Shown piece by piece: positions 44,912-55,640 of a stretch of DNA of 64,000 nucleotides; position 1 is the first letter of the stretch; every line of letters starts with the position of its first letter. The notes beneath the pieces are model-generated. The model searched no databases and had not been told where the DNA came from. It saw only the letters and a list, made by a program, of their open reading frames with translations. Both the position numbers and the translations under genes were made by a program. This DNA comes from Spirochaetia bacterium (GTDB taxonomy: Bacteria; Spirochaetota; Spirochaetia; WTKD01; G963693115), in assembly GCA_965226055.1 (NCBI GenBank), contig CBDDCA010000006.1, positions 448,001-512,000 on the forward strand, in the 5' to 3' direction.

Positions 44912-46747
44912 TTAATACACTATCTTTATATTATCTCTATTTGATATATTTAAGTTTAACCAATACTCTAAAGATATGTCACTATATCCATCAATGTAAA
45001 TCATTTTATCTTTCATATCCTCTACTATACTACTGCTTATATTACCTAGTACAAATATTGTATCATCGACACTATATAGGATGTCTTTTTCTTTCTCTTC
45101 GATAGTGCTGTGCAGAGGTTTGCCTGTAGCACATAGCATATTTATAAGTGTATGCATCGTGCTTGTACGGGCATGTTCTAATTGGAATATTTTGTTTTCA
45201 TCTTCAATAAGCTGTGGTTTAGGGGTAAGAGAAAACACTCTATAGCCTATATCCAGTGTATCTGCTTTTTTCTCTGCTTTTATTTTTTCTCCTGCACGAT
45301 GTAAGCGTTCTATAGTAATGCTGGAAATGACAGGCTTAAAGTTATTTTTTGTACAAAATGTATAGGCTTCACTCTTTTTCTTTTTGTCTATCTTTTCGTC
45401 CCACTGTACTAAAATAAATTTTCTATTGCCACCATCGTCAGCATTGAGTTGCATTACCGCATCGCCTGTAGTACCAGAGCCTGCGAAAAAGTCTAGGATG
45501 AGGTCGTTTTTGTTTGTAGCATGTTGTATCAAATTATAAATATATTCATAACCCTTTGGATAAGAAAAATATTCAGCTAAATCTAAATCTAATAAATTTT
45601 TGGTAGCTGTTTGATTCATAAATTGATTATCTATAAAAGCTAAACTATCCAAAGTCCTTTGGGCTGTACGCAATTGGTTCTTATATCGTTTATAGATAAA
45701 TCCTCGCTCATTTTTTTTATGCTCTTTTTTAAAAAGGATAGTACCGTTTTCTATATACTTTTGAATGGTGTTTTGTGTCCATATCCAATACCTACCTTTA
45801 GGAGGTAAATCAATTTTTTCTGTGTAAGGGTTTCTAATCTCAAAATAGTTTGTAGCATTGCCACTTTTTGCTGAAGGATCAGCACTTACCCAATCACTAT
45901 TAGGATCATTATCAGGATTTTTATAATTTGATAAATTTTTTTGTCTACCAAATAAATTAATTTCATTTTTACTTTTAGCATAAAGTAAACAATTTTCATG
46001 TTGGATATTTATACCTTCTTTTGCATCATTTGTAGTAGATTTTGTCTTACGAATTAGATCCATTATAAAGTTACTTTCTCCAAAAATTTCATCACATAGA
46101 ATTTTTAAGTTTGCTTGTTCGTTATCATCAATACTTATGAAAATAACACCATCCTCTGTAAGTAACTCTCTTGCAAGTTTCAAGCGTGGGTACATAAAGG
46201 CAAGCCATCCGCTATGGCTTTTTGTTCCATACACATTGTGTAAAAAATTGGTAGTATTTTCATCTAAACCAAAATTTTCAATCAATTCTTCTTCACTTTT
46301 CTTGAAATTATCATTATAGATAAAATTTTCACTTTTAGTATTATATGGTGGATCAATATAGATCATTTTTATTTTCCCAAAGTAGTTTTGTTTGAGTATT
46401 TTCAACACTTCTATATTATCACCGCGTATTACCACATTTCCTGTAGTATCAAATTGTTTGCTTTGATTGTGTTCTACTTGTAACTCATACTTCGTTTCAC
46501 TGCTTGCTTTTGCTTTCGCAATGCCTTTGCCTGCAAAGGTAAGCTCATAGCCTTTGTTGTTGGCTGTAGTATGTGAAATATCTATCACATCTTTCAGTGC
46601 TTCTATGTTTAGCTGTCCATCAGAACTTACTATCTCTGGAATGAGTTTTTTTAGCTTCTCTATTGTTTCGTTTTTGTGCGTACTTTGTGTATGTGTACTG
46701 TCTATCGTTGTTATTCCATGATGCTGTGCTTGTGCTTTATCTATCAT
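44912..46747 (-). CDS. mod: Type III R-M Mod-like adenine DNA methyltransferase with no adjacent res gene
   Basis: IRGDNIEVLK, IYIDPPYN (motif IV), HSGWLAFMYPRL, central TRD, DFFAGSGTTG (motif I), RKFILVQ. Confidence 0.9.
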   Translation of the reverse strand: MIDKAQAQHHGITTIDSTHTQSTHKNETIEKLKKLIPEIVSSDGQLNIEALKDVIDISHTTANNKGYELTFAGKGIAKAKASSETKYELQVEHNQSKQFDTTGNVVIRGDNIEVLKILKQNYFGKIKMIYIDPPYNTKSENFIYNDNFKKSEEELIENFGLDENTTNFLHNVYGTKSHSGWLAFMYPRLKLARELLTEDGVIFISIDDNEQANLKILCDEIFGESNFIMDLIRKTKSTTNDAKEGINIQHENCLLYAKSKNEINLFGRQKNLSNYKNPDNDPNSDWVSADPSAKSGNATNYFEIRNPYTEKIDLPPKGRYWIWTQNTIQKYIENGTILFKKEHKKNERGFIYKRYKNQLRTAQRTLDSLAFIDNQFMNQTATKNLLDLDLAEYFSYPKGYEYIYNLIQHATNKNDLILDFFAGSGTTGDAVMQLNADDGGNRKFILVQWDEKIDKKKKSEAYTFCTKNNFKPVISSITIERLHRAGEKIKAEKKADTLDIGYRVFSLTPKPQLIEDENKIFQLEHARTSTMHTLINMLCATGKPLHSTIEEKEKDILYSVDDTIFVLGNISSSIVEDMKDKMIYIDGYSDISLEYWLNLNISNRDNIKIVY

Positions 46748-46777
46748 TGCTTATCCTCTCTTTTATTTACATACATA

Positions 46778-46979
46778 TTATCACTTTCGTTTATACAAAA
46801 TGCCGTTTTCGTATAATGTTATCACTTTCGTTTATACAAAATGCCTTTTTTGTATAATGTTATCACTTTCGTTTATACAAAATGCCGTTTTTGTATAATG
46901 TTATTACTTTCGTTTATACAAAATGCCTTTTTCGTATAATGTTATCACTTTCATTTATACAAAATGCCTTTTTTATATA
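46778..46979. repeat. Five tandem copies of a 41-bp unit with an internal palindrome
   Basis: Unit ttatcactttcgtttatacaaaatgcc(g/t)tttt(c/t)gtataatg starts at 46778, 46819, 46860, 46901 and 46942 (last copy decays). Confidence 0.97.
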
Positions 46980-47132
46980 TAGTATTATTTCCATCGCAAA
47001 ATTTCAATTAGCCCGCTTTTATACATAATTCCCTTTCTCACCACAAAAACAGACTCATATACAAAAGCAAAAGTATATATGATCACTCTATAGAGAACAT
47101 CACAACACGATTATAGTAAATGGTAGTATACT

Positions 47133-48716
47133 ATGTATATGATCATTATCAAAAAAGCATCTATTTTTACCACTATTGCAATAGCAATACTTTTCTTCTC
47201 ATGTACATCAAATTCATCACAACAAGACATTGAAACAGAAGCATATGTATCCTCTATTTTTCAGAGAGATGACAAAAGTACCTATGTCTGTGATATTCCT
47301 GTCATCGTAACACTCAATGGTGATTGTGGATTTATACAGGTACCTGTAGATTATACACAGCCTCATAAAGATACATACTATATCTTTTGGTTTTTTCTTC
47401 CTGCAGAAATACAAAGCGTAACTACTAAAACAATAGTGCCACTTGTTGGCGGACCTGGTGGTGCTATATCTGGCGAACTTGAAATTTTTATTGAAAACTC
47501 AAACTTTGACTCATTAAGAAAACACAATAATATACTCAGTTTTGATTATCGAGGACTAGGTCTTTCTGAACCATACGATCCACGTACTCTTGACTATTGT
47601 GACAGAGAAAGTGATTATGATAGTAGTATATTACTTGCCATGAAAGAATGTCAACGTATACTACAAGAAAACAATATATCCTATAAAGGCATCACTACTG
47701 CAAACTTTATACAAGACTTAGATCGCATACTTACATACCGTGCTATTGATACTGTAATCTTATATGGCATTTCTTATGGAACAAGAGTTGCTCTCACTGG
47801 AGCAAGAGACATTCCTCATCGAGTTACAGGCATGGTGCTTGATGGAGTATTTCCTATTGAAGTCAATGGATTTGATCAGGGATCTGAAGCCCCTTTATTC
47901 AATATAAGCTATCTTATACAGAGCTTTCGTGAACACAAAGACACGCTCCCTCACTATTTTGGCAATATAGAACAAAGAATAACACAGGTAGCCTCCGATG
48001 CTTTACAACATAATGCCCAAGACATAGCATTCACAGTTCTCACTACGCTATCAAAGTATGCGTATGATCCCCATCGCTTTGTTATTGCACATATATTATT
48101 AGAGGCGTATGAACAACAAGACGAAGATGCTTTTGATGAAGCCATGTATACAATAGAAGAAAAAATGTACACTGAGGAAAGTCCTCCTTATTTTGAAATT
48201 ATAGACAAAAAATCACGAGCAGTATTTTCTCATAGACCTACTGGAACATACATGTCAGCATCAATTATCGCAAGTGAAGAATACAATGCCCCGTTTAAGA
48301 GTAATATACCAGAAATTAAAAATGTAGATCCAATAGTACTTGAGCTATTTAAGGAATTTTCAGGCAGTGCTCCTATATCAAAAGAAGAAGTAGGCGAAAT
48401 AAAACATATACTCCAAATTACACAAGCAGATGCCATAGAATTTAAGGCAGTTGTATCTGATATTCCTACTTTATTGTTCTCTGCAAGACGAGATATGCAA
48501 ACCTCTCCACGATGGGGAAGCATAGTTGCAGGTACTATGAGTAATACACAGCACTTTATCTTTACTGACGAAGATCATGCATTGACATTTTCTAATGCGT
48601 GTTCATTAACATTGTTTGAAAAATTTGCACAAGATCCACAATCAGTAACAACACTTTATGATCCATGTATAGAAAAAGCCACTGCTATCAACACTCCCAT
48701 CAATAACACCTTATAA
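47133..48716 (+). CDS. Alpha/beta hydrolase lipoprotein (TAP-like peptidase)
   Basis: FSC lipobox, CGFIQVPVDY, GGPGG, DYRGLG, GISYGT, LDG, C-terminal D..H. Confidence 0.85.
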   Translation: MYMIIIKKASIFTTIAIAILFFSCTSNSSQQDIETEAYVSSIFQRDDKSTYVCDIPVIVTLNGDCGFIQVPVDYTQPHKDTYYIFWFFLPAEIQSVTTKTIVPLVGGPGGAISGELEIFIENSNFDSLRKHNNILSFDYRGLGLSEPYDPRTLDYCDRESDYDSSILLAMKECQRILQENNISYKGITTANFIQDLDRILTYRAIDTVILYGISYGTRVALTGARDIPHRVTGMVLDGVFPIEVNGFDQGSEAPLFNISYLIQSFREHKDTLPHYFGNIEQRITQVASDALQHNAQDIAFTVLTTLSKYAYDPHRFVIAHILLEAYEQQDEDAFDEAMYTIEEKMYTEESPPYFEIIDKKSRAVFSHRPTGTYMSASIIASEEYNAPFKSNIPEIKNVDPIVLELFKEFSGSAPISKEEVGEIKHILQITQADAIEFKAVVSDIPTLLFSARRDMQTSPRWGSIVAGTMSNTQHFIFTDEDHALTFSNACSLTLFEKFAQDPQSVTTLYDPCIEKATAINTPINNTL

Positions 48717-48740
48717 CTGCAGATAAGCATTACTTTGCAG

Positions 48741-48870
48741 TTAACGTGCGTTCCATATTCTTATCGTTTTATCAGCACTTACACTCGCAAGATATTTCCA
48801 AGCGGGACTATATGCTACTCTGAACTTACAGAACTATCATCATGCCCTAATAATGTTACATAGACATGTT
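48741..48870 (-). pseudogene. Frameshifted single WD40-repeat remnant
   Basis: Reads VTLLGHDDSSVSS/(frameshift)VAYSPAWKYLASVSADKTIRIWNAR*. Confidence 0.7.
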
Positions 48871-48940
48871 TTACGATATCCTTTTCTGAAAACGAAAATA
48901 GCTATACTCATTAGCAAAAAGCATAGCAATACTCATTATT

Positions 48941-48977
48941 TTTTACCTCTGCTCTTACACTTAGTCCTTGAACCGCA
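48941..48977 (+). mobile_element. Degenerate IS30-family right-end relic
   Basis: ttagtccttgaaccgca versus ttagtccttgaatccgca in the intact copies, with upstream acctctgct similarity. Confidence 0.6.
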
Positions 48978-48991
48978 TATACAACATAAAT

Positions 48992-49029
48992 AAAAAAGAG
49001 CAAAGATATAAAAATATCTTTGCTCTTTT
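48992..49029 (-). terminator. Terminator of the BspA-like gene
   Basis: aaaagagcaaagatat-aaaa-atatctttgctctttt perfect hairpin. Confidence 0.8.
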
Positions 49030-49051
49030 CATTGCTAGAAATAAAGCACAT

Positions 49052-52000
49052 CTAATACCAGCTAGGCGTTCCTCCAGCATTCTTAAACATATCAGTATTA
49101 GTAGCTGCTTTCACAGGAGTTTGCCAACTCGGTAAAGTTTGATTAAATGCACTCGCACTTTCAAACATACTTATAAAATCTGTTACTTTAGCAAGACCAT
49201 TGTTTTTTCCCCAATTATCAATATTCTGATTAAACTTAGTTGCTCCCTTAAACATATTATACATAGTAGTAACTTCACTTGTATCCCAGTTTGATATATT
49301 TTGATTAAAAGCAATCGCTTCATCAAACATCCAAGACATATCAGTAACGCTACTGGTAACCCATTTTGAAATATTCTGATTAAAAACTGTAGCATCTTCA
49401 AACATATGAGTCATTCTAGTTACCTTACTTACATCCCAATCTGATATATCTTTATTAAAAGCAGTAGCACCATGAAACATATGAGCCATCTTAGTTACCT
49501 TACTTACATTCCAACTACTTATATCTTTATTAAACACAGAAGCACCATCAAACATGTATTCCATAGTAGTAACTCTGCTCGTATCCCAATCTCCTATATC
49601 CTGATTAAAAGCAGTAGCACCATTAAACATATATTCCATAGTAGTAACTCTGCTCGTATCCCAATCTCCTATATCTTGGTTAAAAGAAGAAGCATAATCA
49701 AACATATTACTCATATCAGTAACGCTGCTTGTATCCCATTTACTAATATCCTGATTAAATAGAACAGCATCTTGAAATGTAGCTTCGAAATCAATAACAT
49801 TACTTACATCCCAATAAGAAATAGTACCATTAAATTTAGTCAAACTATTAAAAAGTGAGCTCATATTAGTAACTCCTGAAACATCCCATCCACTAATATC
49901 ACCATTAAAATCTGTATGAGCAGAAAATATACTACTTATATCTGTAATATTAGAATGTGAAACATCAATAACATTCAAATCTGCATTATTTCCCTGTGCA
50001 GTAATTTCAGTTTTTATATCCGCTATTAACTCATTTTTTGTAGTAGGAGAATGCTTATACGCATCCACAACCACTACCAATACAGTATGTGATCTTTTAT
50101 CATCAGTATAGGTATGTATAGTATTCTTACTCGAATCTTGACTTGTAAACTGTATGGTATATTCCTTATTCACTGTTTTTGTCGGAGTACCTGATATTTT
50201 TCCTGTTGCAGAATCAAAAGTAAGTCCTGTATCAGAAGCAAAAGTAGTAGGATTGATAGCAAAAGTACCTGTAATACTAGGACTTTTAGTAAAAGTAAGA
50301 GCAGTAATAGAACTATTTTTTTCTGCAGAAACAAGAGTCCTATTAGGAGTAATACTAAAGTACCAAGAAGGATAGACGGTAACTCCAGAATCTCTAAATA
50401 TATTAGTAATAACGGTAGAACGCATAAGAACCCAATTCTCAAGATTCTGATTAAACGCAATAGCATTACGAAACAGACTGTGCATAGTAGTAACTTTACT
50501 GGTATCCCAATCACCTATATTTTGATTAAACTTACTAGCACTAAAAAACATACCTTTCATAGTAGTAACCTTGCTGGTATCCCAATCTCCTATATCTTGA
50601 TTAAACACTACAGCTCCATCAAACATATTAGTCATATCAGTAACTTTACTCGTATCCCAATCTCCAATATCTTGATTAAAAACGCTTGCTCTATAGAACA
50701 TATAACTCATATCAATTACATTACTTGTGTCCCAATCTCCTATATCTTTATTAAAAACCCTTGCTACACTAAATAACCTACTCATAGTAGTAACCTTACT
50801 GGTATCCCATTTAGATACATCACCATTAAAAGTAGCATTATCCTTAAACAACTCACTCATATCAGTAATTCTACTGGTATCTATCACATTAAGATTAGCA
50901 GTGTTTCCTTGTGCAGTAATCTCAGTAGCAATAGCAGTTTGTAATTCTGATTTATTAGCAGGCTTATGTTTATAATCACTCGAAACAGAAATAGTTATTG
51001 TTCTATCAGAATCAGTATACTCATGGATAACATTCCCATCAGCATCTTTACTAGTAAAGGTTATAGTATAAGAAGTACTGGTTGTTACATTAACAGCAGT
51101 ACCTGAAATAGTACCAGTAGTAGTATCAAAAGACAATCCTGTATTAGTTATATCTGGTGTAATACTAAAACTTCCTGCTATAGTAGGTTTTTTAGTAAGT
51201 AATACTCTCTCATTACTTACAAGAGGAAAGTGCATATACGCAGTAAGAGTAGTTTTGTTAGTAGTGACACTAAAATACCAAGTAGGAAGTGTTACTACCC
51301 CAGAATCACTAAACATATCAATTTTTGCAACACTCTTTTTCACATTCCAAGTCTCAAGATTTTGATTAAATGCAGTAGCTCCCTTAAACATATTTGTCAT
51401 AGCAGTAACTTTACTTACGCTCCAACTTGAAATATCCTGATTAAAAGCAACCGCATCCTCAAACATACCTCTCATAACAGTAACATTTGCGGTGTTCCAG
51501 TTCCCTATATTTTGATTAAAGTTTGTAGCACCCGCAAACATACTGCCCATAAAAGTAACAGAACCTATACTCCAATTCCCTATATTCTGATTAAATGCAG
51601 TAGCCTCATTAAACATTTTTGACATAGCAGTAACTTCACTTGTATCCCAATTCCCTATATCCTGATTAAATGCAGTAGCTCCCTTAAACATTTTTAACAT
51701 ATCAGTAACTTCACTTGTGTCCCAATTCCCTATATCTTGATTAAAAGCAACAGCATCCTCAAACATACTGTTCATAGTAGATACTGCACTTGTGTCCCAA
51801 CTACCAATATTCTGATTAAATACACTTGCTCCTTTGAACATAGATTCCATAGTAATAAGAACATTAAATCCTGGAGTACTCCCTAAGTTCTCACCTATTT
51901 TCCAAGTGGTAATATCCCCATTAAACGCTACCGCATCAGTAAACATCTCATTAAATCGTGAAACTTTAGAGACATCCCAGTTACTCAACGATTGATTAAA

Positions 52001-55000
52001 AGCAGAAGCACCCTTAAACACTTTACTCATAGTAGTAACAGCACTCACATCCCAATCATTTATGCTCCCATTAAACTTACTTGCATTCTCAAACATACTT
52101 TGCATAGTAGTAACCTTACTGGTATCCCATTTTGATATATCACCATTAAAAGTAGCATTACCCCTAAATACATCTCTCATATCAGTAATTCTACTGGTAT
52201 CTATCATATTAAGATTAGCGGTATTTCCTTGTGCAGTAATTTCTGCACTTATATTTTGTAATAACTTACTTTTAGTATCAGGCTTGTGTTTGTAATCAAT
52301 AGTAATAGTGATTGTTTTACTTCTCTCACTATCAGCATAGGTATGTGCAGGCGAAGTACTCGAAAATTGTACTGTATACGCCTTATTAGATACAATTTTA
52401 CTCGGAGTTCCTGATATTTTCCCTGTTGCAGTATCAAACTGTAACCCCGTATCAGTAGTAAAAGTAGTAGGAGTTATCTTAAATGTACCAGCTATATCAG
52501 GTGACTTAGTAAAAGTAATCTCTTTTGATTTAGGTAAGGTACTATAAACAGTATGAGTAATACTATTAGCACTTGCAGTAATACTAAAATACCACGTAGG
52601 AAGTGTTACTACTTTCGTGTTATTAAACATATCAGTTTTTGTGACACTACTACTGCCTAGATGATCTTTCCAATCTTCCAAATCTTGAGTAAACTTAGTA
52701 GCTCCCTTAAACATATTACTCATATCGGTTACTGCACTTAGTTCCCAATCAGAAATATCTTGATTAAATGCACTTGCTTGATAAAACATACCACTCATAT
52801 CAGTTACTTTTCTTACATCCCACTGAGATACCATACCAGCAAAAACAGTATTTCCCTTAAACATATCACTCATATCAGTTACTTTAGAAGTATTCCAACT
52901 TGATATATCTCCATTAAATTTGTGTAATCCATTCGCAAATGTAAAAATACCTCCCATATCAGAAACACCACTGGTATCAATACTATTTAAGTCTGCATCC
53001 AACACATCATTACTACTATCATTATCATTTGTTTTTGTTATCTCTTTTATTGCTTCTATCAACTTTGCTTTTGTAGTAGGAGTATAAGTATACCCACTTA
53101 TAATGGTAAGATAAAACTCTTTTGTAACGGTCTTAGTACCAGTAAAAGTAAGCGTATATTTCTTTTTAGATAATACATTATTAAGAGTACCTGAAATACC
53201 ACCATCAACAGAAGAGAATACCATACCTGTGTCAGTAGTAATATTAGGTGATATTTGATAGGTACCTTTCATACTATATGTTTTTACTGCTTCATTTTCT
53301 ACTACAAATGTGGCAGACTTTGTTGTAAGTCTATTCAACACAAAAGGGCCATCAACAACAGTAGTGTCTCTACTTTTTTGATACACTACTGAAATATCAT
53401 ATTTCCAAGAGGGTAAATTAGCACTGGTTATCTTAGTAGCATTCTTAAAGATACTACTAGTAACAATAGCTCTATCACCAAAATGATCCTTCCAATCTTC
53501 CAAATCTACAGAAAATGCCACTGCTCCTTGAAACATACGTGACACATTCTCTACTTTATCTACTGCCCAAATTGATATATCTTGATTAAATGCGGTAGCG
53601 TTCAAAAACATAGAATGCATATAAATACCACTCAACACACTCCATGTAGATATATTTTGATTAAAACTACTTGCATCTGCAAACATACTACTAAAATTAG
53701 TTACTTTTCCTACCTTCCAACTTGATATATCGCTATTAAACTTTGTTGCACCTGAAAACATAGCTGACATATCAGTGACATTACTTACATCCCAATTTGA
53801 TATATCACCATTAAAATTACTAAAAAGGCTATCTGAAAAAAGATCACTCATATCCGTAATATTACTGGTATCAATACCAGTTAAATCTGGATCGTTTACA
53901 TCAGCGTTGCCATCACCATCAGTATCTACTAATGATCGTATCAACTTCAACAGTCCTGATTTTGATTTAGGAGCAGTAGTAGAATCAACAATAGACAATG
54001 ATACTGTAACCACCCTATCTTTATTTACATCACCTGCTAATGCAAAATCACCATTTCCTGTAAAAATAACTGAAATAGACAAAGTTCCTGAAGTAATTGA
54101 TTTTGTAGCACCAGGAACAGCCAAAAAGATACCATCAGTAGTATTCAAACTTACTCCCGCAGGTAAGGTACTCTTAGAAGTATCAATTCTATATGTTCCT
54201 GTCGCATATGCAGGATATTTTACAATAGGAACACTAAATCCTTCTCCTACTAACTTTGTAATAACAGTATTTCCAAATGTTACCTTTTTTGTATACCACG
54301 CTGGCAATTCTTTTGCATTATCACAAGCAGGAGTAACAGTAAGATCTAAACAAGATCCAGCAAACATAGTTTCTTTATCTGTTTTTTCCATTTCTAATAG
54401 TTTCTTTACAGAGTTAAGAGATATATCCCATATATCTAAAGACTGATTGAATTTTTTAGCATTTTTGAACATATTCTTAAATGCTACCGACTGTACTTTT
54501 TTTACATTCCATTTAGAAATATCCTGATTAAATATACTCGCTCCTTCAAACATACTTGTCATATCAGTGACTTCACTTGTATTCCAGTCTGATATATCAC
54601 CATTAAATGCTATACTCCCTTCAAACATATTTGCCATAGAAGTAATAGTTTTTGTCTTCCATTTTGATATATCGCTGTTAAACTTTGTTGCACTCTTAAA
54701 CATACCTGACATATCAGTAACTTTCTCTGTATTCCACTTTGATATATCACCATTAAACTTTGTTGCTCCTTCAAACATACCTGACATATCAGTAACTTTC
54801 TCTGTATTCCACTTTGATATATCATAATCAGAATTAGGATATTTCTTAAATAAATCACTCATATCAGTAATTTTTCTTGTATCTATATCATTAAGATTTA
54901 CTTTCTCTTTTGAATTCTTAAGTCTACTAGCAAGTAAGCTATCTAACTCTGATCGTGTAGAAGGGACAGTATTAACACTAGGCAGTACAGTGTTTTCATC

Positions 55001-55096
55001 ACTACTAGAAGAAGTATCTTCCGCACAACTAAACACCAGCAATGTAGTAAACATAACTAAAAAATAAAACATAAAATATGAATTTTTTGTTTTCAT
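49052..55096 (-). CDS. Giant DUF285/BspA-type repeat surface lipoprotein with interspersed Ig-like domains
   Basis: AAGGAG plus MKTKNSY..LVFSC lipobox (start reassigned from 55162); many 25-aa [20 protein letters not shown] repeats; GL.FD..TG.ISGT Ig-like spacers. Confidence 0.92.
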   Translation of the reverse strand: MKTKNSYFMFYFLVMFTTLLVFSCAEDTSSSSDENTVLPSVNTVPSTRSELDSLLASRLKNSKEKVNLNDIDTRKITDMSDLFKKYPNSDYDISKWNTEKVTDMSGMFEGATKFNGDISKWNTEKVTDMSGMFKSATKFNSDISKWKTKTITSMANMFEGSIAFNGDISDWNTSEVTDMTSMFEGASIFNQDISKWNVKKVQSVAFKNMFKNAKKFNQSLDIWDISLNSVKKLLEMEKTDKETMFAGSCLDLTVTPACDNAKELPAWYTKKVTFGNTVITKLVGEGFSVPIVKYPAYATGTYRIDTSKSTLPAGVSLNTTDGIFLAVPGATKSITSGTLSISVIFTGNGDFALAGDVNKDRVVTVSLSIVDSTTAPKSKSGLLKLIRSLVDTDGDGNADVNDPDLTGIDTSNITDMSDLFSDSLFSNFNGDISNWDVSNVTDMSAMFSGATKFNSDISSWKVGKVTNFSSMFADASSFNQNISTWSVLSGIYMHSMFLNATAFNQDISIWAVDKVENVSRMFQGAVAFSVDLEDWKDHFGDRAIVTSSIFKNATKITSANLPSWKYDISVVYQKSRDTTVVDGPFVLNRLTTKSATFVVENEAVKTYSMKGTYQISPNITTDTGMVFSSVDGGISGTLNNVLSKKKYTLTFTGTKTVTKEFYLTIISGYTYTPTTKAKLIEAIKEITKTNDNDSSNDVLDADLNSIDTSGVSDMGGIFTFANGLHKFNGDISSWNTSKVTDMSDMFKGNTVFAGMVSQWDVRKVTDMSGMFYQASAFNQDISDWELSAVTDMSNMFKGATKFTQDLEDWKDHLGSSSVTKTDMFNNTKVVTLPTWYFSITASANSITHTVYSTLPKSKEITFTKSPDIAGTFKITPTTFTTDTGLQFDTATGKISGTPSKIVSNKAYTVQFSSTSPAHTYADSERSKTITITIDYKHKPDTKSKLLQNISAEITAQGNTANLNMIDTSRITDMRDVFRGNATFNGDISKWDTSKVTTMQSMFENASKFNGSINDWDVSAVTTMSKVFKGASAFNQSLSNWDVSKVSRFNEMFTDAVAFNGDITTWKIGENLGSTPGFNVLITMESMFKGASVFNQNIGSWDTSAVSTMNSMFEDAVAFNQDIGNWDTSEVTDMLKMFKGATAFNQDIGNWDTSEVTAMSKMFNEATAFNQNIGNWSIGSVTFMGSMFAGATNFNQNIGNWNTANVTVMRGMFEDAVAFNQDISSWSVSKVTAMTNMFKGATAFNQNLETWNVKKSVAKIDMFSDSGVVTLPTWYFSVTTNKTTLTAYMHFPLVSNERVLLTKKPTIAGSFSITPDITNTGLSFDTTTGTISGTAVNVTTSTSYTITFTSKDADGNVIHEYTDSDRTITISVSSDYKHKPANKSELQTAIATEITAQGNTANLNVIDTSRITDMSELFKDNATFNGDVSKWDTSKVTTMSRLFSVARVFNKDIGDWDTSNVIDMSYMFYRASVFNQDIGDWDTSKVTDMTNMFDGAVVFNQDIGDWDTSKVTTMKGMFFSASKFNQNIGDWDTSKVTTMHSLFRNAIAFNQNLENWVLMRSTVITNIFRDSGVTVYPSWYFSITPNRTLVSAEKNSSITALTFTKSPSITGTFAINPTTFASDTGLTFDSATGKISGTPTKTVNKEYTIQFTSQDSSKNTIHTYTDDKRSHTVLVVVVDAYKHSPTTKNELIADIKTEITAQGNNADLNVIDVSHSNITDISSIFSAHTDFNGDISGWDVSGVTNMSSLFNSLTKFNGTISYWDVSNVIDFEATFQDAVLFNQDISKWDTSSVTDMSNMFDYASSFNQDIGDWDTSRVTTMEYMFNGATAFNQDIGDWDTSRVTTMEYMFDGASVFNKDISSWNVSKVTKMAHMFHGATAFNKDISDWDVSKVTRMTHMFEDATVFNQNISKWVTSSVTDMSWMFDEAIAFNQNISNWDTSEVTTMYNMFKGATKFNQNIDNWGKNNGLAKVTDFISMFESASAFNQTLPSWQTPVKAATNTDMFKNAGGTPSWY

Positions 55097-55261
55097 ATAA
55101 AAGCTCCTTGTATATATATAAAAAGTAAAAGGTATATCGTATAAAATCTCCCACGTATACAATATGTGTATGAGTATAATTATAAAAAAAGATAATTAAA
55201 CTATACAAATGATATAATAGTCAACTTCAAACAATTTTCAATACAGCAAAAAAAGAAAAAT

Positions 55262-55310
55262 TTGACCCCTGCTGAAGCCTTTTCTGTCGCATTTAGTCCT
55301 TGAATCCGCA
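55262..55310 (+). mobile_element. IS30-family right-end relic (transposase C-terminal codons plus IR)
   Basis: Encodes LTPAEAFSVAFSP*; the 26-bp tgtcgcatttagtccttgaatccgca is identical at 57276-57301 and 63858-63883. Confidence 0.85.
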
Positions 55311-55327
55311 CACCGAGCATCCATTAT

Positions 55328-55356
55328 TTGACAAAATTTCCTCTTTATGAGATAAT
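55328..55356 (+). promoter_or_regulatory. Sigma70 promoter of rpoZ-miaA
   Basis: TTGACA-N17-GATAAT. Confidence 0.65.
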
Positions 55357-55363
55357 AAAATAT

Positions 55364-55612
55364 ATGTCAATGCCCTTAAAAGATCTTATAAACTATAAAG
55401 GAAATATATACGAAATGGTATCTGCAGTAATACAACGTTCTCAGCAGATCACCGAAATACGTGCCGCATATACTCCCACTACCCTTGAAGAACAACAAAG
55501 CATGTCAACTTCTCCCAGAGAAAAAAAATTTGGCGACGAAAAAGCTACAAGCATAGCGTTTCGTGAAATATTTAATGAAGAAGTTGTCTATAAATTCAAA
55601 AAAAATCGTTAA
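55364..55612 (+). CDS. rpoZ: RNA polymerase omega subunit, spirochaete type
   Basis: MPLKDLINYKGNIYEMVSAVIQRSQQI...KATSIAFREI; upstream of miaA. Start reassigned because the track start TTG is the -35 box. Confidence 0.65.
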   Translation: MSMPLKDLINYKGNIYEMVSAVIQRSQQITEIRAAYTPTTLEEQQSMSTSPREKKFGDEKATSIAFREIFNEEVVYKFKKNR

Positions 55613-55640
55613 TTTTCCCATATCATACTTATTGTAAGCT

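Noticed and set aside
46806-46835. dif/pdif or loxP-like site (ttttcgtataatgt resembles a XerC arm and the loxP left arm)
   Set aside because: No XerD arm (TTATGTTAAAT-like) or second lox arm at the required spacing, and no recombinase nearby
46778-46979. CRISPR array
   Set aside because: Units are directly adjacent with no unique spacers, and there are no cas genes in the window
49052-55096. 75-bp periodic repeats as a non-coding array or DGR template
   Set aside because: They are in-frame DUF285 coding repeats; no reverse transcriptase is present and no adenine-specific variation was noticed
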